64,000 bases of DNA from Nitrospirota bacterium (GTDB lineage: Bacteria; Nitrospirota; Thermodesulfovibrionia; Thermodesulfovibrionales; JdFR-88), in contig JAKAHV010000003.1 of NCBI GenBank assembly GCA_021825295.1, forward strand, positions 22,150-86,149, given 5' to 3'. The position numbers and the translations under genes are program-made. Below the pieces are notes generated by a model. It worked only from the letters and a program-made list of their open reading frames with translations. It was not told the origin of the DNA and did not search any database. Position 1 is the first letter of the stretch; every line of letters starts with the position of its first letter. Below, in pieces: positions 28,498 through 37,651 of the stretch.

Positions 28498-29757
28498 TTA
28501 TATGCCTCCCAATACGCCCATCATCGCATTCACCGTCTTTTCCACGGCCCCGGAGCGTTCGAGATAGAATTTTTTTGCGGCCGCGCCCATCGCGGCCATC
28601 CTGCCCTCATCCATCAGAAGCCCCGGCAAAATTTCTAACAGGGTCTCCCTGTCGGCCATCAGGGCGCCGCCGGACTTCAGGAAATCCGGCATGAACGGAA
28701 AATTTCTCATATCGGGCCCGCAGATGACCGGCTTCCCCCAGTACGCCGGCTCCAGAGGGTTTTGCCCGCCTCGTGCAATGAAGCTGCCGCCCACTATGGC
28801 AACATCCGCCTTGGAGTAAATACCGAAAAGCTCCCCCACGGTGTCCACCAAAACGACGCCCGTCAGTTCTTTCCCGCTGGCGCCGGCCGCCGAGCTTTTC
28901 AGATACCCGAGGCCCGCCTTTTTTATCAGCGCCTCCACCTCCGGCACGCGCTCCGGATGCCTTGGGACAAGCACCAGGGAAAGCAGGGGGAATTTTTGCC
29001 TCAGTTTCCCGTAAGCATCAATTACAAGCTCTTCCTCTCCCGCGTGCGTGCTGCCCGCGACGATGACGGGACTGGTGACCCTCTGCGCCCAGGCGGGGGC
29101 TGGGGGGATGCCTTTTCCGCCCATCTCGAATTTGAAATTTCCGGTCACGAGGACCTTCCGCTGCGGCGCGCCTATCAGGGCCGCCCTTTCCGCGTAGACC
29201 TCGTCCTGCACGCACATCAGAGACAGCCTGCTCAGCACGGGCTTGAAGAAAAAGCGAAGTCTCCGGTAGCCCGCTGTGGACTTCTCCGAGAGCCTGCCGT
29301 TTACGATGAAAACCGGGATGCCCAGCCCGTGCATGGTCCTTACCGCGTTTGGCCAGAGCTCCGTCTCCATGAGGACGAAGGCGCCCGGTTTCAGCGCCCT
29401 TGCCGCCCTTTTATATGCAAACGGCAGGTCGAATGGCAGATAGACTATCCGGCAGTCCGGGAGTTTTTTCCGCGCAACCTGCTGCCCCGTCTCAGTGATC
29501 GTAGAGACGACGGGATCGAACCCCCTTGCCTTCAGGGCCTCGATAAAGGGGACTGCCGCCATCACCTCGCCCACGCTTACCGCGTGGACCCATACTGTTC
29601 TGCCTTCTTCTTTTCGCGTCTGGCCTGCCTCTTTCCCGATGCGGCCGAATTTCATGGCAAGCCACTGCATGCGCGCTGCCTTCGGCCTTTTCAAAAGCTC
29701 CCCTGGCAGGAAAAAAGGAAGGATGGCGGCGTATAAAACCGTATAGATGAAAAACAA
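28498..29757 (-). CDS. waaA: Kdo transferase
   Basis: WVHAVSVGE, ETELWPN, NGRLS, AGSTH..EE, PRHPER, GGQNPLEPA. Confidence 0.95.
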   Translation of the reverse strand: MFFIYTVLYAAILPFFLPGELLKRPKAARMQWLAMKFGRIGKEAGQTRKEEGRTVWVHAVSVGEVMAAVPFIEALKARGFDPVVSTITETGQQVARKKLPDCRIVYLPFDLPFAYKRAARALKPGAFVLMETELWPNAVRTMHGLGIPVFIVNGRLSEKSTAGYRRLRFFFKPVLSRLSLMCVQDEVYAERAALIGAPQRKVLVTGNFKFEMGGKGIPPAPAWAQRVTSPVIVAGSTHAGEEELVIDAYGKLRQKFPLLSLVLVPRHPERVPEVEALIKKAGLGYLKSSAAGASGKELTGVVLVDTVGELFGIYSKADVAIVGGSFIARGGQNPLEPAYWGKPVICGPDMRNFPFMPDFLKSGGALMADRETLLEILPGLLMDEGRMAAMGAAAKKFYLERSGAVEKTVNAMMGVLGGI

Positions 29758-29766
29758 GGGCCCCCT

Positions 29767-30897
29767 TTACCTCCAGCCCGCCATCTCGCAGACCATTTCA
29801 GCAACGCGCGCCGAGGCGCTCCTGCCCCCGAACATGGCCCGGACATCACGGAACACCGAGACCATCTGCCTCCTGTAGCCGGCATCCTTCACTATCCGCC
29901 TCAGTTCGGCCATGACATCGCCGGAATTGGCCTTGTCCTGCAAAAACTCCTTCACGGCCTGCCCCCCGGAGAGGATATTCACAAGCGAGACATATTTTAC
30001 CTTTACGAGGGCCTTCGCTATATGAAACGTCAGCGGCGAGAGCCTGTAGACGACGGTGAAAGGTCTTTCAAGAAAGGCGGCCTGCAGCGTTGCCGTGCCG
30101 GAGGCGATAAGGGCGGCATCCGATGCGGCAAGCGCCCCGACGGCGTTTTCCTTCCTGATGACGACGCCGCTTTCACGGAATGCCCTGAATTGTTCGCTGA
30201 AAGGCCCGGTCTTCAGATTGGGGGCAACAGGCATGAAAAACTGCCACTCCGGGAATTCCCGCCTGAAAAGCGACATGACATCGAAGAAAAGCGGCAGATG
30301 CCTTTTGAGTTCGGACGGCCTGCTGCCCGGAAGAAGGGACAGAAGCGGCCTGGCCCCGTCCAGCCCCATGTCCGCCTTTTTGGGCGGCGTCATGCCTGAA
30401 ATCTCATCCAGGACCGGGTGGCCCACAAACTCATGCGGTACTGCCGCCTTCCGGTAAATCTCCTCCTCGAACGGCAGGATGAGGGCGACCCGGTCCGCCA
30501 GGGCCTTCATCTTTTTTATCCTGCCCGCCCGCCAGGCCCAGAGCTGCGGGCTTACGTAATAGAGGACGGGCACTCCCCTTCTTTTAAGCTCGGCGGCGGC
30601 CCGGAAATTGAAATCTGGGAAATCTATGAGTATGGCCGCCTGCGGCCGGTCTTGATCTATCCTTTGAAGGATCTCCCGGAATGTGGCCCGGAGCTCCCTG
30701 ATGTGGGAGACAAGCTCGGTAAGCCCGAACGCCCCTGATACCCGCCGGATGATCTCGACGCCCTCGGCCTCCATCCGTTCCCCCCCGACGCCCATTATCC
30801 TCACATCGGGGGCCATCCTTCGAAGCTCCGCAGCCAGGAGCGCCCCGTACAGCTCGCCCGAGGACTCTCCGGCCACTATGAGCAGTCTTTTAGACAC
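29767..30897 (-). CDS. lpxB: Lipid-A-disaccharide synthase
   Basis: AGESSG, IDFPDFN, YVSPQLWAWR, VGHP, LPGSR. Confidence 0.95.
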   Translation of the reverse strand: MSKRLLIVAGESSGELYGALLAAELRRMAPDVRIMGVGGERMEAEGVEIIRRVSGAFGLTELVSHIRELRATFREILQRIDQDRPQAAILIDFPDFNFRAAAELKRRGVPVLYYVSPQLWAWRAGRIKKMKALADRVALILPFEEEIYRKAAVPHEFVGHPVLDEISGMTPPKKADMGLDGARPLLSLLPGSRPSELKRHLPLFFDVMSLFRREFPEWQFFMPVAPNLKTGPFSEQFRAFRESGVVIRKENAVGALAASDAALIASGTATLQAAFLERPFTVVYRLSPLTFHIAKALVKVKYVSLVNILSGGQAVKEFLQDKANSGDVMAELRRIVKDAGYRRQMVSVFRDVRAMFGGRSASARVAEMVCEMAGWR

Positions 30898-32002
30898 CGA
30901 TTACGATCTTCGAGATGCGCTCTATTTCTGCGTCCTCCAGTTCAGGGTATATGGGCAGCGAGAGCACCTCGCGGCAGGCAGCCTCTGCGCAGGGGAAGTC
31001 CCCCTCCTTGTGCCCCATGAATCCCAGGGCCGGTTGAAGGTGCATGGGGACCGGATAATAGATCATGGAGGATATCTGCTGCTGCCGGAGTTTTTCCTTC
31101 ACGGCGTCTCTCCGGCGGTGCCGAATGGTGTACTGGTGAAAGACGTGCCTTGAACCGCCGTCTTCGCCCATAGGCGGGCATTTGATGCCGTCTAGGCCGG
31201 AAAGCAATCTGTTGTAGAGGGCGGCCTTATGCCTCCTTTTTTCATTATAGTCGTCCAGCCGCTTGAGCTTTACAAGGAGGATTGCCGCCTGAAGCTCGTC
31301 CAGCCTGCTGTTGAAGCCGATGGATTGGTGGATATAACTGCCTGAGGAGCCGTGATTCCTGAGAAGCCTTATCTCCCTCGCCATCTCATCGCTGTTCGTC
31401 GTTATAAGCCCGCCGTCGCCATAGGCGCCCAGGTTCTTGCTCGGATAGAAGCTGAATGCCCCTGCATCCCCGAAGCCGCCGGTTTTCCGGGCATTTTGTC
31501 CAAGGGTGGCGCCGAAGGACTGGGCGCAGTCCTCGACCACCTTCAGATTGTGCCGGCCTGCCAGCTCCATGATCCTCCCCATCGCTGCGGGGTACCCGAA
31601 CAGATGAACGGGCAGGATGGCCCTGGTCCTCTCCGTTATCTTCTCTTCGACCTTCGACGGGTCGATATTGAAAGTCTCAATATCCATGTCGGCGAAAACG
31701 GGCTTCGCGCCCAGGTAGAGTATCGCCTCTACGGTGGAGAAGAATGTGAAAGGGGTGGTGATAACCTCGTCCGCGGGTCCTATCCCAAGGGCCTTCAGGG
31801 AAAGGGCCAGCGCATCGGTCCCCGAGGCCACGCCTATTGCGTGCCTTGTTCCGATATAGGCCGCGGCGCTCTCTTCAAACCGGCCGACCATCCGGCCCAG
31901 GATGTACTGGCCGCTTTCAATGACGCCCAGAACCTCGCGGACCACTTCATCTCTGATTCCGGCAAGCTGTTTCTTCAAATCGAGCATCGGGATGGAAGAC
32001 AT
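30890..32002 (-). CDS. DegT-family aminotransferase, GnnB-like
   Basis: SGTDAL, EDCAQSFG, SFYPSKNLG, NSRLDE; overlaps the lpxB start. Confidence 0.88.
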   Translation of the reverse strand: MSSIPMLDLKKQLAGIRDEVVREVLGVIESGQYILGRMVGRFEESAAAYIGTRHAIGVASGTDALALSLKALGIGPADEVITTPFTFFSTVEAILYLGAKPVFADMDIETFNIDPSKVEEKITERTRAILPVHLFGYPAAMGRIMELAGRHNLKVVEDCAQSFGATLGQNARKTGGFGDAGAFSFYPSKNLGAYGDGGLITTNSDEMAREIRLLRNHGSSGSYIHQSIGFNSRLDELQAAILLVKLKRLDDYNEKRRHKAALYNRLLSGLDGIKCPPMGEDGGSRHVFHQYTIRHRRRDAVKEKLRQQQISSMIYYPVPMHLQPALGFMGHKEGDFPCAEAACREVLSLPIYPELEDAEIERISKIVIGV

Positions 32003-32005
32003 TTT

Positions 32006-32923
32006 TCAGAAAGCGCTCCTTATGGTCGCTGATATGCCGAGCGCAAGCTCAAGCGCCCGGCGCGCCTCCAGGGGGCTTACCCTGGGGGCCATTCTGGTCT
32101 TTATGCACCTCGCAAAATCCATCAGTTCCTCTCTAAGCGGCTCGGCGGGGCCGGCCTCCGTCCGCTCCTCGGCGTCCTGCGTCTTAAGCGTGACCTGCTT
32201 TGCCAGAAGGTCGGCCTTCACGAGCCTGCCGTCCTCGACGAATTCCATTACCCTTCTTTTTTCCGCCGCGACCCGGCTTACGCTGAAAAACGCGGACCCG
32301 CCGTTATCAAAATCCACCCACGCCTGCGCGGTGTCCAGGTTGCGGGTGATTATGCGGGCCCCGGCCGCCTTTATGTCCTTCACCCCCGGACAGCCAAAGG
32401 CGGCGAGCGCAAGGTCTATGTCATGTATCATCATGTCCAGCGTGACATCCACGTCCAGAGACCTCTCGGGAAACGGGGACGTCCTCTGGGCCTCTATGAA
32501 GACAGGCTTCCGCAACAGCGAGAGGGCCTTGCGGGCGGCCGGGTTGAACCTCTCTATGTGCCCGGCCTGGAGGATGAGGCCCCTTTGCCGGGCCAGCTCG
32601 CAGACATCTTCGGCCTCCGCCATCGTGGCGCAGATGGGTTTTTCCAGCAGGACGTCCTTTCCCGCCTGAAGACAGCCCATGGCCACCCCATAATGCGCGC
32701 TGGTCGGCGTCACGATGCTCACCGCGTCCACCAGGGGCAGCATATCACGGTAGTCCGTGAAAAATCTTGCCCCGTAGGTCTCCGCCACCTCGCGCGCCCT
32801 CTCAGCGTCCGTGTCGCAGACGGCGGCAAGCTCCATGCCGCCCGTCTCCTGCCCCAGAACGCAATATACCCTGGCGTGGTGCCGGCCCAGATAGCCGGCC
32901 CCGATTACTCCGAATCTAAGCAT
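32006..32923 (-). CDS. Gfo/Idh/MocA oxidoreductase, GnnA-like
   Basis: GAGYLGRHHAR, EKP, GHIERFNP, DVTLDMMIHDIDL. Confidence 0.88.
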   Translation of the reverse strand: MLRFGVIGAGYLGRHHARVYCVLGQETGGMELAAVCDTDAERAREVAETYGARFFTDYRDMLPLVDAVSIVTPTSAHYGVAMGCLQAGKDVLLEKPICATMAEAEDVCELARQRGLILQAGHIERFNPAARKALSLLRKPVFIEAQRTSPFPERSLDVDVTLDMMIHDIDLALAAFGCPGVKDIKAAGARIITRNLDTAQAWVDFDNGGSAFFSVSRVAAEKRRVMEFVEDGRLVKADLLAKQVTLKTQDAEERTEAGPAEPLREELMDFARCIKTRMAPRVSPLEARRALELALGISATIRSAF

Positions 32924-33037
32924 ATGCCCCCATTTTCAATACCATCTGATATTTTGCATTAAAACCGGAAATTTCGGCAAGTTTTTTTACCCGCGGGCCT
33001 GCGTCAGATCTGTGGGGCAAGGCGGCAGGGAAAACTC

Positions 33038-33673
33038 TCAGATATTATTCGAGGGGCAGATGTCGAAGAGCACGCACTGCCCGTGCTTCGGGGCGCGCGC
33101 GGTGCAGATGCGGCGGCCATGGAGTATAAGCATGTGCGAGAGGTTCGCCCACTCGCTCCCGGGCGTCATGGCCATGAGGTCTTCCTCTATCTTGTTGGGG
33201 TCGGTCTTTTTTGTAATCCCCAGCCTCTGGCTGAGCCGCTTCACATGGGTGTCCACCGCTATGCCTTCATTCCTGCCGTAGGCGTTTGAAAGCACGATGT
33301 TGGCCGTCTTCCTTGCCACGCCCGGCAGCTCGACAAGCGCGGCCATGGAGTCCGGCACCTTCCCCCCGTGGCTTTCGAGGATTATCGCCGCGCACCTCTT
33401 AATGTTTTTTGCCTTGTTCCGGTAGAAATTGATCCCGGCCACGTCCCTTTCAAGCTCCTCAAGCGGAGCGGCATCAAAATCCTTCACGCTCCTGTATTTT
33501 CTGAAGAGTTTTTCCGTGACGCGGTTTACGCTGGCGTCCGTGGCCTGGGCCGAGAGGATTGTGGCGGCCAGAAGCTCGAAAGGGGTCTCGTAATTCAGCT
33601 CGGTCTTCGGGTTGGGATACAGTTTCTTGAGGCGCCTGATTATCTCCTGCACATGCTGCCGGTTTCCGAACAT
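33038..33673 (-). CDS. nth: Endonuclease III
   Basis: ILSAQATD, LPGVARKTAN HhH motif, AVDTHV, C-terminal Fe-S loop C-x6-H-x2-C-x5-C. Confidence 0.95.
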   Translation of the reverse strand: MFGNRQHVQEIIRRLKKLYPNPKTELNYETPFELLAATILSAQATDASVNRVTEKLFRKYRSVKDFDAAPLEELERDVAGINFYRNKAKNIKRCAAIILESHGGKVPDSMAALVELPGVARKTANIVLSNAYGRNEGIAVDTHVKRLSQRLGITKKTDPNKIEEDLMAMTPGSEWANLSHMLILHGRRICTARAPKHGQCVLFDICPSNNI

Positions 33674-33698
33674 CCGCCCGCCCCCTTCCAGCGCAGTT

Positions 33699-33762
33699 TA
33701 GAACCTATCTCAAAATAGCCTTTGGCTGCAAGAGGCCGAAATCAATTTTGAGATAGGTTCTA
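33699..33762. mobile_element. 64-bp MITE-like element with perfect 18-bp terminal inverted repeat
   Basis: TAGAACCTATCTCAAAAT, a 28-nt spacer, then ATTTTGAGATAGGTTCTA; lies between acpS and nth. Confidence 0.6.
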
Positions 33763-33769
33763 GGCTTTT

Positions 33770-34177
33770 TCAAAAGCCCGCCTTCCTTTTTTCATTATTA
33801 CCGGCCCCCTCGGCCACGACCATTGCGACCCCGTATTCCTCCTCATGGCTCAGGCTCAGAAACAGGTTTTCTATACCCGATTCGGCAAGCGCCACGGCGA
33901 GCCTGCCTTCCTTTTTTATCACGGGAGCGCCGCCCGCGCGGTTGACGATCTCGATCTCCCGGAAGGCTATCCCTGAGAGTTTCCCCCCGGAGGCCTTTAT
34001 GAGGGCCTCTTTCGCGGCGAAGCGCACCGCCAGGGAGGCGTAGGGCTGCGCCTTTTCATAGCAGGCGGCTATCTCGGCCGCGGTAAAGACACGGTCGAGG
34101 AAACGCCTCCCCCATCTGTCCACGGCGGATTTGAGCCTCTTTATCCTCACGATGTCCACGCCGACGCCCTTTATCAT
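33770..34177 (-). CDS. acpS: Holo-[acyl-carrier-protein] synthase
   Basis: From ATG 34177: MIKGVGVDIV, RFAAKEA, LSLSH; overlaps the pdxJ stop. Confidence 0.93.
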   Translation of the reverse strand: MIKGVGVDIVRIKRLKSAVDRWGRRFLDRVFTAAEIAACYEKAQPYASLAVRFAAKEALIKASGGKLSGIAFREIEIVNRAGGAPVIKKEGRLAVALAESGIENLFLSLSHEEEYGVAMVVAEGAGNNEKRKAGF

Positions 34178-34899
34178 TTCCGGTCCGGGCCTGCAATGAG
34201 GGCCTTCATCCGGGCCACGGCCTCCTGCATCCCGACAAGCACCGCCCTGCTCACTATGCTGTGGCCTATGTAAAGCCCCCTGAGCCCCGGAAGAAAGGCT
34301 ATCCCCGCGACATTTGAGTAATCCAGACCGTGCCCCGCGTTGACCAGAAGCCCCGCGCTTTTTGCAAGGCCCATGGAGGCCTCCACCTTCCTGAGTTCCT
34401 TCGCTTTGGCCGCCGCGCCGGCGTTCGAGTAGTAGCCCGTGTGCAGCTCCACCATGTCCGCGCCCGTCTTCGCGGCCCATTCGACGGCTTTCTCGTCCGG
34501 GTCTATGAAGAGGCTGACCGGGATGCCGCCGTCCTTCAGCCTTTTTACCGCCTCGGATATTTTTTTGAAATCCCCTTTCGCGTCCAGCCCGCCTTCGGTC
34601 GTAAGCTCGCGCCTTTTCTCGGGCACAAGGGTGGCCATGTCGGGTTTCGTTTCGAGGGCTATCTTCACCATCTCCCCTACCGGCGCCATTTCCAGGTTGA
34701 GCTCTATGGAGACAAGCTGCCGCATCAGCCTCAAGTCGCGGTCGTTTATGTGGCGCCTGTCCTCCCTCAGATGGACGGTGATGCCGTCCGCCCCGCCAAG
34801 GATGGCGAGGGTTGCGCCCATCAGAGGGTCCGGCTCCCGGCCGCCCCTTGCCTGCCTGAGTGTTGCGACATGATCGACGTTTACTCCCAGAAGGACCAC
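34174..34899 (-). CDS. pdxJ: Pyridoxine 5'-phosphate synthase
   Basis: LGVNVDHVATLRQAR, HLREDRRHI, TTEGGL, NAGHGL, IGHSI. Confidence 0.97.
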   Translation of the reverse strand: MVLLGVNVDHVATLRQARGGREPDPLMGATLAILGGADGITVHLREDRRHINDRDLRLMRQLVSIELNLEMAPVGEMVKIALETKPDMATLVPEKRRELTTEGGLDAKGDFKKISEAVKRLKDGGIPVSLFIDPDEKAVEWAAKTGADMVELHTGYYSNAGAAAKAKELRKVEASMGLAKSAGLLVNAGHGLDYSNVAGIAFLPGLRGLYIGHSIVSRAVLVGMQEAVARMKALIAGPDRK

Positions 34900-34913
34900 T
34901 TCAGATCCACCCC

Positions 34914-36647
34914 CTAATCCACAAGATCCGCCAGGTTTGTCACTTCAGTAAGCCTCACCAGCGCCCCCCTCTTCTTTGTGCCGGAACGAAAGACCGTGAT
35001 TCCCTTGCACCCACTATCATAAGCCAAAAGATATGCTTTTGCCACATCTTCCCTGGTGGCGTTCCGGGGGAGGTTGATCGTCTTTGAGACCGCATTGTCG
35101 GTGTATTTCTGGAACACGGCCTGCATCCGGACATGATCTTCGGGGGCGATCTCGTGGGCCGTCCTGAAAATTTCCTTTATGTCCGCGGGCACCCCTCTGA
35201 CGCCTTTCAGCGAGCCCTTGTGTACGACCTGCTGCATCAGCTCATCGCTGTAAAAACCGCGCTCCCTGGCCATCCGGACGAAATGCTTGTTTACGTCGAA
35301 TATCTCGGTGTCCAGTACAAGGCGCTTGAAGGCTATCTTGAATATGGGCTCTATGCCGCTTGAGCAGTCGGCTATTATCGATATGGTGCCGGTGGGCGCT
35401 ATCGTGGTGACGGTCGCGTTTCTCATGGGCGGCGCACCCGGCCTGTCCCATATGGAGCCCTTGAAATTCGGGAACGCGCCCCTTTCCTCCGCCAGGCCCG
35501 CGGACGCCGCATGCGATTGCTCCTGTATGAGGCCCATCAGTTCCCCGGCCAGATCGAAGCCGCCGGGGCTGTCGTAGCGGATGCCAAGCAGGATAAGCAG
35601 GTCCGCAAAACCCATCACGCCCAGGCCGATCTTTCTGTTTCCCCTGTGCATGGCCTCTATCTCCGGCACGGGGTATTGGTTCACGTCTATAACGTCGTCC
35701 AGGAACCGCACGGCCGTCCGGACGTCCGCGGCGAGCGCGCCCCGGTCCAGCTCCGCCCTGCCGCCATCCGAAACCACGTATTTCGCCAGGTTGATGGAGC
35801 CCAGCACGCACGCCTCATTGGGCAGCAGCGGCTGCTCGCCGCAGGGGTTGGTGCTTTCTATCCGGCCCAGTTGCGGGGTGGGGTTGTGCCTGTTGATGAC
35901 GTCTATGAATACAAGCCCGGGGTCGCCGGTCTCCCAGGCGCAGGAGACGATCTCGTCGAAGACCTCCCCCGCATCCGCCTCTTTTACTGACTCTCCCGTG
36001 CGGGGGTTTACGAGCCAGTACCTTCCGCCCCGCTTGAGCGCGTCCATGAAGGCGTCGGTCACCGCGATCGAGATATTGAAATTCGTAAGCTCGCCTGCCG
36101 TCCTCTTGGCCCTTATGAAATCCAGGACGTCCGGGTGGTCCACGCGGAGGATGCCCATGTTGGCTCCCCTCCGGGCCCCGCCCTGTTTTATGACGTCCGT
36201 TGCCGTGTTGTATATCCTCATGAAGGAGACGGGACCGCTGGCTATTCCCATGGTGGAGCGAACTATGTCCGATTTCGGCCTCAGGTGGGAAAAGGAAAAC
36301 CCGGTGCCCCCGCCGCTTTGAAGTATCTTGGCGGCGTTTTTGAGGGTGCCGAATATGCTGTCCATCGAGTCGTCCACGGGCAGGACGAAGCAGGCGGCAA
36401 GCTGGCCCATCGCCTTGCCCGCGTTCATCAGCGCCGGGGAATTGGGGAGAAACTTCAAGCCGGCAAGAAGTCCGTAATAACGCCCTTCCCAGAGGGCGGT
36501 CTCTCCGCCGTAATTCTTCTCCGCAAGGCCCGCATGATGGGCAACCCGCCTCATCAGTTCCTCTGGGGTCTCGATGGCGGCGCCATGCTCGTCCTTCAGA
36601 AGATACCTTGCCCTCAGCACCTTCTGAGCGTTCCGGGTAAGCTCCAA
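34914..36647 (-). CDS. nrdJ: Class II (adenosylcobalamin-dependent) ribonucleotide reductase, short form
   Basis: PNSPALMNAG, LAACFV, GGARRGANM, TNPCGEQPL, IAPTGT, AVSKTIN, GCKGITVFR. Confidence 0.92.
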   Translation of the reverse strand: MELTRNAQKVLRARYLLKDEHGAAIETPEELMRRVAHHAGLAEKNYGGETALWEGRYYGLLAGLKFLPNSPALMNAGKAMGQLAACFVLPVDDSMDSIFGTLKNAAKILQSGGGTGFSFSHLRPKSDIVRSTMGIASGPVSFMRIYNTATDVIKQGGARRGANMGILRVDHPDVLDFIRAKRTAGELTNFNISIAVTDAFMDALKRGGRYWLVNPRTGESVKEADAGEVFDEIVSCAWETGDPGLVFIDVINRHNPTPQLGRIESTNPCGEQPLLPNEACVLGSINLAKYVVSDGGRAELDRGALAADVRTAVRFLDDVIDVNQYPVPEIEAMHRGNRKIGLGVMGFADLLILLGIRYDSPGGFDLAGELMGLIQEQSHAASAGLAEERGAFPNFKGSIWDRPGAPPMRNATVTTIAPTGTISIIADCSSGIEPIFKIAFKRLVLDTEIFDVNKHFVRMARERGFYSDELMQQVVHKGSLKGVRGVPADIKEIFRTAHEIAPEDHVRMQAVFQKYTDNAVSKTINLPRNATREDVAKAYLLAYDSGCKGITVFRSGTKKRGALVRLTEVTNLADLVD

Positions 36648-36707
36648 GGCCTTATCTCCTGACCCTCCCCCTTCGACGTTTCCTCTCCGGCAGAACCGGG
36701 CAACAAT

Positions 36708-37604
36708 TTACCCTTCGCACATCCTGCCCAGCAGGACGGAGCATTTGGCATGGTCCAGCACCCTGCGGGAGACGCTCCCCATCATGCCCCGTATTCCTCT
36801 TAGTCCCCTGCAACCCACGGCTATGAGGTCCGCCCCCGTCCGGTCGGCCTCCGCGAGTATCTCCGCCGCCGGGTCGCCGATCCTGGTTTCCTCGCTTATG
36901 TCCCTGAATTTCACCTGGAGCCGGGCTCTGGCCGCCTTCAGGAGTTTGCCGGAGGCGATGTACTCCTTTTCTCTTGCCCTTGCTATCTCCTCCCGCACCA
37001 GTTGGTCCACTTCGATTATGTAGCGCTCCGGGACGTCGGAAACCGCGGACCAGGTCGCGTTCACCACACAGACCGTTGTGTCCTGAGGAAACGGCAGAGT
37101 GATGAGAAGATCGGCCGTGGCCATAGCCGAATCGGAGCCGTCTGTGGCCAGCAGTATTTTGGTTTTCCCCGGCGCCGCGCTTTGCGCGCCCTTCACCACG
37201 AGCACCGGCCTCATGGAATTAAGGGCCACCGCCCTTGTCACGCTTCCAAGCAGAAAGGCCCCCGCTCCCTTCAGTCCCCTCGCCCCCATGACGATAAGGT
37301 CCGCGCCTGAGGCCGCCGCGGCGTCCAGAATGGCCTTGTCCGCGAAACCCTCCTTGACAGCGGTGCTTATCCTGGCGGGGACAGGTTTTAATATGTCCAC
37401 GGCCGAGTCCAGGATTTTAGCGGCGACCTCTTTCCGCAGGAAAGCGATATTTCTGTAAAGGGATTCGATATCCTCCTGGAAGGGGACCCAGCCTATGGCG
37501 TGCAGGACGGTTATCTCGTCATCCGGGGTGAGTCCGAACCTGAAGAGAAACCTTGCGGCGTTTTCCGAATGTTCCGAACCGTCGGTGGCAAGAAGGATTT
37601 TCAT
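36708..37604 (-). CDS. Tandem-domain universal stress protein
   Basis: Two KILLATDGS...DLI..G.RG..G...GSV units. Confidence 0.92.
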   Translation of the reverse strand: MKILLATDGSEHSENAARFLFRFGLTPDDEITVLHAIGWVPFQEDIESLYRNIAFLRKEVAAKILDSAVDILKPVPARISTAVKEGFADKAILDAAAASGADLIVMGARGLKGAGAFLLGSVTRAVALNSMRPVLVVKGAQSAAPGKTKILLATDGSDSAMATADLLITLPFPQDTTVCVVNATWSAVSDVPERYIIEVDQLVREEIARAREKEYIASGKLLKAARARLQVKFRDISEETRIGDPAAEILAEADRTGADLIAVGCRGLRGIRGMMGSVSRRVLDHAKCSVLLGRMCEG

Positions 37605-37651
37605 CTTAACCGAATCCTACCACAGAATGAAGCGGCCCGGAACAAGCCTCC

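Noticed and set aside
33770-34480. Extended 236-aa acpS ORF, and similar upstream extensions of yjbQ, the cupin gene and surE in the ORF track
   Set aside because: The extensions overlap neighbouring genes or promoters; the conserved domains begin at downstream ATGs.
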